The notes under the pieces were generated by a model, which saw only the letters and a program-made list of their open reading frames with translations, did no database searches and was not told the origin of the DNA. From Synechococcus elongatus PCC 6301 (lineage in GTDB: Bacteria; Cyanobacteriota; Cyanobacteriia; Synechococcales; Synechococcaceae), in the NCBI RefSeq assembly GCF_000010065.1, contig NC_006576.1:570001-602000 (forward strand): a stretch of 32,000 bases of DNA. Reading direction: 5' to 3'. Shown here one piece after another: positions 1 to 7,535 of this stretch; position 1 is the first letter of the stretch, and every line of letters starts with the position of its first letter. Position numbers and translations under genes: made by a program.

Positions 1-243
1 TATTCCAGCTCACTCGGTAACCAGCGGGTTGGGGCAGTCAGGATGGGCATCGCGTTAACCCTGAAAGTGCTTAACCATCCAAGCTAGGCTGGCACCAGCT
101 TTCAATTCGTAGCTGTAGCTACTGTTTGCGCTGGCAGCGCTAGGGTTGTTGCAAGTCTTATTCAAGTTCGTGGCGATCACTGACTTCACTTAATCTGTTG
201 CAAGCTGAAGTTGAGTGCTTCCCCGTCCGTTTCCCCCCTTTGC

Positions 244-1038
244 ATGACCTACTGCCTCGGCATCGTCACCCAAGCTGGCCTGATCATGGCGGCTGACTCT
301 CGCACCAATGCGGGCATCGACTACATCTCGACTTATCAGAAACTGTTTGACTTTTCGCTGCCGGGTGACCGCACCATTGTCATCTGCTGCTCGGGTAACC
401 TCTCGATTACCCAAGCGGTGCTGAGTCAACTCCGGCGGGATCTCGCCGGTCATTTCGACATCAATCTGCACAGTCTGCCAACGATGTACGACTTGGCTCG
501 CTACCTCGGCCAAAAAGTGCGGCAACTGCAAGAGAGCGACCGCGATTGGCTGAAGCAAGATGGCATCGACTTCTATTGCAACTTCTTGCTGGGCGGACAG
601 ATTCGCGGCGGCCCGATCGAGCTTTACTTGGTCTACGGCCAAGGTAACTGCATCCACGCCACCCCCGAAACGCCCTATCTCCAGATCGGGGAAACCAAGT
701 ACGGCAAGCCCATTCTCGATCGCACGATCAGTTTTGATACCTCCCTCGACATGGCCGCCAAATGTGCGCTGATGTCCTTAGATTCCACGATGCGATCGAA
801 TCTTTCCGTCGGGCCACCCCTCAACCTGGCTCGCTACGAACGCGATAGCTTGGTGGCTCCGATGCTAGTTCAGTTCCCCGCCGGCCATGAATATTTGGTG
901 GAAATGCGCCGTCGCTGGGAAATTTCCCTCAAGGATGCCTTCATGCGGCTACCAGATATCGACTGGAGTCGACAGTTAATGCGATCGCTCAGTCCAGTAA
1001 GCGAGTCAGTGCCACTTGATAGTTCAGAGTTGAACTAA
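244..1038 (+). CDS. Anbu-type (ancestral beta subunit) proteasome homologue, Ntn hydrolase
   Basis: The track ORF 211..1038 begins at a TTG. The internal ATG at 244 gives the N-terminus MTYCLGIVTQAGLIMAADSRTNAG, with Thr directly after Met and no propeptide. Asp17 and Lys32 (numbered from Thr1) sit where proteasome-type catalytic residues are expected. The gene lies beside the transglutaminase/alpha-E/ATP-grasp trio that typically accompanies Anbu. Confidence 0.8.
   Translation: MTYCLGIVTQAGLIMAADSRTNAGIDYISTYQKLFDFSLPGDRTIVICCSGNLSITQAVLSQLRRDLAGHFDINLHSLPTMYDLARYLGQKVRQLQESDRDWLKQDGIDFYCNFLLGGQIRGGPIELYLVYGQGNCIHATPETPYLQIGETKYGKPILDRTISFDTSLDMAAKCALMSLDSTMRSNLSVGPPLNLARYERDSLVAPMLVQFPAGHEYLVEMRRRWEISLKDAFMRLPDIDWSRQLMRSLSPVSESVPLDSSELN
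981..988. repeat. HIP1 (highly iterated palindrome, GCGATCGC), one example of a window-wide dispersed octamer
   Basis: I verified exact GCGATCGC at 981, 1514, 1614, 4404 and 25952. Many more copies are visible by eye in nearly every gene. I did not make a total count. HIP1 over-representation is a known hallmark of many cyanobacterial genomes. Confidence 0.9.
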
Positions 1039-1852
1039 TTCCAGGGGCGTAGTAAGTGCCCTCAGTGGGTGCTGTCTGAGCTGGTAGGGGAGCACTGGCC
1101 ACAGCAATGTGGGTTTCGGCCGTGGCGAGGCCGATGGTTGGATCAAAACCTCGCCAGCCTGCTCCTGGCAAATAGATTTCGGCCCAAGCGTGGAGGTCGA
1201 ACTGCTCTGCTTCGGGGCCACCCCAGTGGTAGCCACTGACAAATCGGCCTGCCAGTCCCACAGCCCGACAGACCTCTAGAAAGACCGCCGTAGTATCTCG
1301 GCAGGAGCCTTGACCCAGGGCTAGAGTTTGACCGGGCCAACGGGGATCGCCGAAGGGGCGCTGAACGTAGCGGATTCGCTCGTAGAGGTATTGATTGAGC
1401 AGCAGCAAAAACGAGATCGTGTCGTTTTTAGCCTGCTCCAAGAGCTGCTGAGCCAAGCGCAAACAGGCTGGATCAAACCCGCCTGGTAGGTAGCTCTGGC
1501 GATAGGGCAGCAGGCGATCGCTCTGGGATTGCGCCTCAGAGCGCAGGGGTAGGCGAACGGCCCAAGGCTCTAGCAGGAACTCAAACGGATTTTCGAGACA
1601 GGTCACGACTTCAGCGATCGCTTGCAGCTTGACATGATCGCAGGGGTCATTGAACCAAGCGCGCTGACAGAGATTGCCGTCGAGCTCTTGAACTTCGAAC
1701 AAGCGATCGGGCTGGGGCTGAATTTGCAACTGAAACGATCGCAATTGCTGGAAGTGATTGCCACGCGGTTGCAGCCGGATCCAGTGAGGATGAAGGTCGA
1801 CCGGAGCATCGTAGTAATACTCAATCTGATGCTGAATGCGAAAGTGGGGCAT
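989..1852 (-). CDS. transglutaminase-like family protein (bacterial N-terminal domain plus Cys-His-Asp core)
   Basis: 287-aa ORF with an ATG start at 1852. The core motifs are GQGSCRDTTAVFLEVCRAVGLAGRFVSGY (catalytic Cys) and DLHAWAEIYLPGAGWRGFDPT (His/Asp). It begins 3 nt after the alpha-E gene stop. Confidence 0.85.
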   Translation of the reverse strand: MPHFRIQHQIEYYYDAPVDLHPHWIRLQPRGNHFQQLRSFQLQIQPQPDRLFEVQELDGNLCQRAWFNDPCDHVKLQAIAEVVTCLENPFEFLLEPWAVRLPLRSEAQSQSDRLLPYRQSYLPGGFDPACLRLAQQLLEQAKNDTISFLLLLNQYLYERIRYVQRPFGDPRWPGQTLALGQGSCRDTTAVFLEVCRAVGLAGRFVSGYHWGGPEAEQFDLHAWAEIYLPGAGWRGFDPTIGLATAETHIAVASAPLPAQTAPTEGTYYAPGISSTLNYQVALTRLLD

Positions 1853-1855
1853 AGG

Positions 1856-2812
1856 TTACGCCACAATCGCATCGAGCGTGAAGAAGGTCTCAAAAATTTG
1901 CTGATCAACGTGGTTCATTTTTTGTTCGAGATCATCGAGAAATTCATGTAAGCCAATCTCAAAAATTTCAGCCATTGTTAAATAGCCTAATTCAGCGCTG
2001 AGCCGCCCGATCGCCCGTTGCGCCAAGTTCGACCAAGTTCCAGAGGGCGTCCCACAAATCGTATGGAGAGAGGATTCGACACGGCCGAGGCAATGGCGAA
2101 TCGATCGCGGAAAAATGGGATTGAGGATGAGGAATTCTGCCACTCCCAAGGGCGTAATCCGGCGTCTGCCCTGTTTTCGGAACATTTCGTAAGCGCTAGC
2201 CGATCGGAGCAGCGCAATCCATTGCAACTCATCGAGCAACGTCCCTACATCCTGAGGTGAGGGCAGCAAGATGAAGTATTTCACATCTAAAATACGAGCT
2301 GTTTTATCCGCTCGTTCCAGCATTCGTCCGAGATGTCCAAAGTGCCAGCCTTCATTGTGGGAAAGGGTAGCATCCATCACGCCAGCAAATAGGTGGCTCG
2401 ATAATTTTACCTCTTGAAAAAAACGAGGTAGATCGACCTCACCCGCATGACTAGAAGTGTCTTTGATCATCCAGTAGAAGGAGTTAACTTGCTCCCACAT
2501 TTCAGAGGAGATGATCTCGCGAATTGAACGCGCATTTTCTCGTGCTGCAGCCAAGCAGCTGAAAATTGAGTTGGGGTAATCGCGATCGAAGGTCAAAAAT
2601 TTGAGCACATTTTCCTCTGTTGCCTCACCATAGCGATCGCGGAAGAGTTCATGATCGCCAGTGGTGACAATCAGGGGTTCCCACTGTTGCGAGGTGCTCG
2701 AACCGATATCGAGGTTGAGGCTAAAGTTGACATCGACAAAACGTGCAATATTCTCAGCCCGTTCGATATAGCGATTGAGCCAATAGATAGAGTCAGCAAC
2801 ACGACTGAGCAT
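1856..2812 (-). CDS. alpha-E domain protein (COG2307-like)
   Basis: 318-aa ORF with the N-terminus MLSRVADSIYWLNRYIERAENIAR, which is typical of the alpha-E family. An AGGAGG Shine-Dalgarno sequence lies 8 nt upstream of the ATG. The gene is sandwiched between the ATP-grasp and transglutaminase genes. Confidence 0.8.
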   Translation of the reverse strand: MLSRVADSIYWLNRYIERAENIARFVDVNFSLNLDIGSSTSQQWEPLIVTTGDHELFRDRYGEATEENVLKFLTFDRDYPNSIFSCLAAARENARSIREIISSEMWEQVNSFYWMIKDTSSHAGEVDLPRFFQEVKLSSHLFAGVMDATLSHNEGWHFGHLGRMLERADKTARILDVKYFILLPSPQDVGTLLDELQWIALLRSASAYEMFRKQGRRRITPLGVAEFLILNPIFPRSIRHCLGRVESSLHTICGTPSGTWSNLAQRAIGRLSAELGYLTMAEIFEIGLHEFLDDLEQKMNHVDQQIFETFFTLDAIVA

Positions 2813-2831
2813 ACAAATATCCTCCTGCTTA

Positions 2832-4298
2832 TTAAGCTTGCGACTGACTAGAATTAAAATCTGATGACTCAGTCAGAACCCAGGTGTCTTTACTGCCGCC
2901 ACCCTGCGATGAGTTGACGACAAGTGAACCCTTACGCATTGCGACGCGCGTGAAGCCACCCGGTGTGATGTGAATGGTTTCTCCACAGAGAATATAGGGC
3001 CGCAAGTCGACGTGGCAACCAACAAGTTCACCATCAATTAACGTCGGCGATCGCGACAGACTGAGAGTTTTTTGAGCAATGTAATTGCGAGGATTTTCTT
3101 GAATTAAGCGGGCAAATTTTTGCCGTTCTTCTTCACTGGCTTGGGGGCCAATCAGCATACCATAACCTCCTGATTCACCCGCTGCCTTAACCACTAACTC
3201 ATCTAAGTGATCAAGGACATAGGCTCGCTGGTCTTCTTCCCAGCAGAGGAAGGTCGGCACATTATTCAAAATTGGATCTTCACCCAAGTAGTAGCGAATC
3301 ATCGCCGGCACGTAGGTGTAGATCACCTTATCATCTGCTACGCCGGTGCCTAGGGCATTGGCGATCGCAACCCGTCCCTGACGATAGACCTCCAGCAAAC
3401 CAGGAATCCCCAAGAGCGAATCTGGCTTGAAGGCAAGGGGATCAATAAAGTCATCATCAATGCGCCGATAGATGACGTCCACACGTTTCAGACCACAGGT
3501 AGTTCGCATTTGTAAGTAACCATCCGCGATCACCAGATCTCGACCTTCAACTAACTCGGCACCCATCTTTTGAGCCAAATAGGCATGTTCAAAATAGGCC
3601 GAATTGTAAATACCTGGGCTGAGAACGACAACGGTTGGGTTATCAACCTGATCAGGCGCAAGGTGCAGTAAGGTATCTAGCAGATGCCCCGGATATTCAT
3701 CGACCGGCAAAACGCCGCCGCGACTAAAGACCTCTGGGAAGGTACGCTTCATCACTTGGCGGTTTTCTAAGAAGTAGGAAACTCCGGACGGGCAGCGAAC
3801 ATTATCTTCGAGAACATACCAAGCACCACTGCGATCGCGGACCATATCAATGCCGGCGATATGGCACCAGATGCCATGGGGTGGCTTCAGGCCAATACAA
3901 GGCTTAAGAAACCCATTAGCTGAGAGAATTAATTCCTCAGGAATGACCCGATCCTTCAGGATTTTTTGGTCATTGTAGATATCCTGTAAGAAGCAGTTGA
4001 GTGCTGTAATTCGTTGCTTTAACCCTCGCTCTAAAGGCCACCATTCTGTGGCACTCATTAAACGGGGGATAATATCGAAGGGGATAATCCGCTCGATCCC
4101 GCCTTCCGCTCCATAGACATTAAAGGTCGCCCCCATTTTCATCAGGAAGTTTTGGGCTAATTGCTGCCGGCGCTGAATTTCTTCAACGGGCAACGTATCA
4201 ACCTTGCGCACTAGGAGCTCTGCTTCAGGACGAGGTTGCCCTGGGGCCAAAAATAGCTCGTCGTAGAAGTCCCCCGGATCGTAGCTTTGAAAGAGCAC
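2832..4298 (-). CDS. circularly permuted ATP-grasp (type 2) amidoligase-like protein (COG2308-like)
   Basis: 488-aa ORF with a GTG start at 4298 and no in-frame ATG further upstream. The N-terminus is MLFQSYDPGDFYDELF. It is the first gene of the minus-strand trio. Confidence 0.85.
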   Translation of the reverse strand: MLFQSYDPGDFYDELFLAPGQPRPEAELLVRKVDTLPVEEIQRRQQLAQNFLMKMGATFNVYGAEGGIERIIPFDIIPRLMSATEWWPLERGLKQRITALNCFLQDIYNDQKILKDRVIPEELILSANGFLKPCIGLKPPHGIWCHIAGIDMVRDRSGAWYVLEDNVRCPSGVSYFLENRQVMKRTFPEVFSRGGVLPVDEYPGHLLDTLLHLAPDQVDNPTVVVLSPGIYNSAYFEHAYLAQKMGAELVEGRDLVIADGYLQMRTTCGLKRVDVIYRRIDDDFIDPLAFKPDSLLGIPGLLEVYRQGRVAIANALGTGVADDKVIYTYVPAMIRYYLGEDPILNNVPTFLCWEEDQRAYVLDHLDELVVKAAGESGGYGMLIGPQASEEERQKFARLIQENPRNYIAQKTLSLSRSPTLIDGELVGCHVDLRPYILCGETIHITPGGFTRVAMRKGSLVVNSSQGGGSKDTWVLTESSDFNSSQSQA

Positions 4299-4794
4299 GC
4301 CCGTCTTACCCCATAAATGTCATGAAAGGACTATAGAAATCGCTCAGAGTCCACTTCTGTAGTTCGGGATACGGCAAGATAAACTTTTGGATTTGGTTAA
4401 GGTGCGATCGCTAGAAGGTCGTAGCAGTATCTCTGCTAGCCCTTTGGTTGGAGCTTTGGACACACCTACGACAGATTCAAGCAGCCGCAATCGCCAAAAT
4501 TGACACAGTTGCGAGATCCCTGTCTAAAATTTGGATCCCTGTGTGGTGCATCACAGAGGTTCCGATAATTTTGCGGTCTAATGAAATCGAGTTCAGTCTC
4601 CGACCTATGATGAACTTCCGCTTTTTACAGCTTGGCAAGTCAGTCGGTTCTTGCTTGATTCTGCAAGGACTCTTACTACTGTTAATCTCTAGCATTCTCA
4701 AGGTAGATCCCCTGCAACCCGCCCATAACAGTAGCGCTAGTTTCTTTTGGGAAAACTGGGCTCTTGACCAGCCTCCCGCTGTCCCCTAACTGCC

Positions 4795-5916
4795 CTAGAC
4801 CGTCGCTGGTAATGATTGAGTGATTGCTGTTTGCAGATGAGCTAAAGTCCGCTCATTTTCTGCTGGGCTACCAATCGTAATTCGCAGTCCGTCAGCGGTG
4901 TGGCGCACCAACGTTCCCTGAGCTTTGAGTTGTGCGGCTAACGCTGCAGTTTGTGAGGAAGACTGCGTTTTTAAAAATAGGAAATTGCTAGCGCTAGGCC
5001 AGACTTGAAGCTGGGAAACGACTTGCAGTTTTCGATAGAGGCGATCGCGTTCAGTGATCAATCTAGGGATGGCTGAGAGTAGTTGCGATCGCGCCTCGAG
5101 GGCAAGAGTTGCTGCCAATTGAGCCACGCTTGGCAGATTGTAGGGTAACCGAATTGCTTCGAGGGCAGCAATCAGTTGGGGATCCCCAATGCCGTAGCCA
5201 ACACGATGGGCGGCCAGTCGCAACGCTTTAGAAAAGGTACGGGTAATCAGCCAGTTGGGGTGTTGGGGTAACTCAGCCAGCAGGGTTTCGCCGCTGAATT
5301 CAAAATAGGCCTCATCAATTACCACTAAAATCTGGGGCGGGACTTGGCGCAGCCAGTCTTTTTCCGCTTCCGTCAGCGGGTTTGCGGTGGGTGAGTTGGG
5401 ATGGACAACGAAACAGAGGCGAACTGGCGTGCCCTCCGTTTGGGTAATCGCAGTTTCGGCCGCCGCCAGATCCATCTCCCAAGTTTGGGGATCGCGGCCG
5501 ATCCGCACTACAGGAATCCCCAAAGTCTCTGCCACAATCCCGTACATCGAGAAGGTTGGCTCCGCCACCAAGACCGAGCCTTGTCCACCCAGGCACGTGG
5601 CAATCAAGATCGAGCGAATCAGCTCATCGGAGCCGTTGCCCACAGTGACGTGCTCTGGCCCCGGTTGCCATTGCCCAGCGGTTTGCTCACTCAAGTAGTC
5701 GACGATCGCCGCCTTGAGATCCGTGTGGCTGCCATCGGGATAGCGGTTGGACGCGATCGCCTCCACATAGCGATCTGCCAGCGTTTGCTTGAGATCGGTC
5801 GGTAGATCATAGGGACACTCATTAGTGTCGAGAATGTCCATCGCCATACCAGTCCCGCCCGGATTGGGGTGGTGGGGCTGGCAACGAGCAAGCTCAGAAC
5901 GCAAAAACGGCAGCAT
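4795..5916 (-). CDS. hisC: histidinol-phosphate aminotransferase
   Basis: The track ORF 4795..6051 has an implausible Arg/Ser/Pro-rich leader. The ATG at 5916 gives MLPFLRSELARCQPHHPNPGG...LDTNECPYDLP. The PLP-lysine region is RTFSKALRLAAHRVGY, and the overall pattern is class I/II aminotransferase. Confidence 0.9.
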   Translation of the reverse strand: MLPFLRSELARCQPHHPNPGGTGMAMDILDTNECPYDLPTDLKQTLADRYVEAIASNRYPDGSHTDLKAAIVDYLSEQTAGQWQPGPEHVTVGNGSDELIRSILIATCLGGQGSVLVAEPTFSMYGIVAETLGIPVVRIGRDPQTWEMDLAAAETAITQTEGTPVRLCFVVHPNSPTANPLTEAEKDWLRQVPPQILVVIDEAYFEFSGETLLAELPQHPNWLITRTFSKALRLAAHRVGYGIGDPQLIAALEAIRLPYNLPSVAQLAATLALEARSQLLSAIPRLITERDRLYRKLQVVSQLQVWPSASNFLFLKTQSSSQTAALAAQLKAQGTLVRHTADGLRITIGSPAENERTLAHLQTAITQSLPATV

Positions 5917-5945
5917 GGCGCGGCAGGGGTGAGGAGGAGCAGAAA

Positions 5946-6860
5946 TTAACGAAGAGCGATCGGAAAGACCCAGTCTTGGTAGGCGGCCAAGCGCCCTTCG
6001 GTGATCAAGGTCAGTTGTTGGCGAATTTGATCGGTGATCGGGCGATCGCACGGTGTCAAGTAGTTCTCAACTTGTTTGACCGGCGTCACCTTGGCGGCAG
6101 TACCACTCAGGAATACTTCGTCGGCAATGAACAATTCCGACTTATCAATCGGGCGTTGATCGACGGGGATCCCCAGGTCTTGTGCCACCCGAATCACGCT
6201 GTCGCGGGTGATGCCTTCTAGGATGTCTTGGTCGTAGCCAGGGGTGATCAGACGGCCATTGCGAACCATGAATAAGTTCATGCCCGTGGCTTCGCAGACC
6301 TTGCCCTGACTATTCATTAGGATGGCTTCATCAAACCCAGAGGCGACCGCTTCAGTTTTGGCGAGCGATGAGGCGATGTAGGCACCGCTGATTTTGCCGC
6401 GCAGCGGTAGGCTGCGATCTTCTTGGCGATACCAAGAGCTAATTCGGCAACTGACCCCTTCGGGTGAGAGATAGTCGCCCAGCTGCAGACCGTAGATGAA
6501 GAAGTCTTTTTCGATGTTGTGCAGGCGCGGCGCAATCCCCAAATCCGAGGTGTAGACGAAGGGGCGGATGTAGAAAGATTGGCTAGGCTGGTTTTTCTGA
6601 ACGAAGGCTTCGATTGCCTTGAAGATCTCCTCGGCACTCAATTCAAAGTGGAGAAACTTAGCACTTTGACTCAGCCGTTGGCAGTGGCGATCGAGCCGAA
6701 ACAGTAAGACGCGATCGGGATTTTCAGGATCGGGGATCCCGCGCAGCCCGCCAAAGGCACCGGTGCCGTAGTGGAGGGCATGAGTTGCAATTGAGAGTTG
6801 TGCCTCAGGGAAGGGAACCAACTGTCCGCGAAAAAAAGCGTAGGGCAGAAAGTCGTTCAT
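5946..6860 (-). CDS. ilvE: branched-chain amino acid aminotransferase (class IV)
   Basis: The track ORF 5946..6887 starts at a TTG, and the ATG at 6860 gives MNDFLPYAFFRGQLVPF. Supporting motifs are LHYGTGAFGGLRG and EATGMNLFMVRNG. The gene ends 29 nt upstream of the hisC start. Confidence 0.9.
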   Translation of the reverse strand: MNDFLPYAFFRGQLVPFPEAQLSIATHALHYGTGAFGGLRGIPDPENPDRVLLFRLDRHCQRLSQSAKFLHFELSAEEIFKAIEAFVQKNQPSQSFYIRPFVYTSDLGIAPRLHNIEKDFFIYGLQLGDYLSPEGVSCRISSWYRQEDRSLPLRGKISGAYIASSLAKTEAVASGFDEAILMNSQGKVCEATGMNLFMVRNGRLITPGYDQDILEGITRDSVIRVAQDLGIPVDQRPIDKSELFIADEVFLSGTAAKVTPVKQVENYLTPCDRPITDQIRQQLTLITEGRLAAYQDWVFPIALR

Positions 6861-7195
6861 GGTCCCGATCGAGACTCCCAGTGGCAATGGATAGAGAAAC
6901 GTCTCAGTGCGGCGACTGAGCCTGCGTTATTTTCTCACCATCTTTATTGAGTCTACAAATCCTGAAATTTCTACCCGTTCCTCAAAGACAGGACTGAGGT
7001 AGAGCGATCGCGGTAAGTGCTGGGCTGGCATGGGTGACTCGGAGAAACCGCTCAACTGAGCGAGGTGCCGGGCTGCAGAGCGCCTTCCCCAGACTTTAAA
7101 GAGGAGCGATCGCGAAAGCCCCCAACAATTCGCCAGCTTTCAGCGAGACAGTCGGGGGCAGGGGAGTTAACGACATCAAACACAACCGACGGCGA

Positions 7196-7315
7196 CTAGA
7201 CCGCCGCTTCCATGCCTTCAAACAGGCGATCGCGGATCACAGAGGTGAGCTGAGGGTCGCGGTTGACATCGCGATCGGTCAGCAGGAACCACCAAAGTTG
7301 TAGGTTACTCAACAT
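7196..7315 (-). CDS. hypothetical 39-aa protein (below the ORF-track length cutoff)
   Basis: My hand translation of the minus strand gives MLSNLQLWWFLLTDRDVNRDPQLTSVIRDRLFEGMEAAV followed by a stop. By my count 27 of 39 codons end in G or C, which is coding-like for this genome. A GAGG lies about 10 nt upstream of the ATG. I recognise no homologue. Confidence 0.3.
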   Translation of the reverse strand: MLSNLQLWWFLLTDRDVNRDPQLTSVIRDRLFEGMEAAV

Positions 7316-7535
7316 AATGTAAAGACCTCGAAAGAATTCTTAACGCTTGTTAACAATTTAGCAGTCCTTGTCTCAGTTGGGAGTTGGGGAAACCGACCCT
7401 GGTGGATCGGTTGTCTGGACAGAAGGGTGGCGCCAAACCTCGAAAGTCCTGTCCCTGGGGCGTATGGAGGCATTGCGATCGCAGGGCAGGGAGAGTGCGT
7501 CAGAATGCGAAAGCACCTTTCGAGACCAAGACTGC

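Noticed and set aside
1-50. A possible 5' end of a minus-strand gene leaving the window. The ATG at 48-50 reads MPILTAPTRWLPSELE...
   Set aside because: Only 16 codons are visible and no motif is recognisable, so the call cannot be supported.
190-657. Long ORFs lying antisense to well-supported genes. These include 190..657(-), 7722..8213(-), 9893..10423(-), 16651..17478(+), 17918..18460(-), 20026..20751(-) and 24460..24900(-).
   Set aside because: Each lies entirely inside, and opposite to, a gene with clear family motifs. Their translations are Arg/Ser/Ala/Pro-rich and low in complexity, which is typical of shadow ORFs in GC-rich DNA. None shows a recognisable domain.
5917-6051. N-terminal extensions of track ORFs: hisC to 6051, ilvE to 6887, hydrolase from 7368, remA to 9004, TPR to 11775, EamA from 11557, purU from 29465 and fumC from 30485.
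   Set aside because: The extensions start at TTG or GTG, or run into the neighbouring gene, and they encode unconserved-looking Arg/Ser/Pro-rich sequence. Internal ATGs give N-termini typical of each family, so I trimmed them. The exact starts remain unverified.
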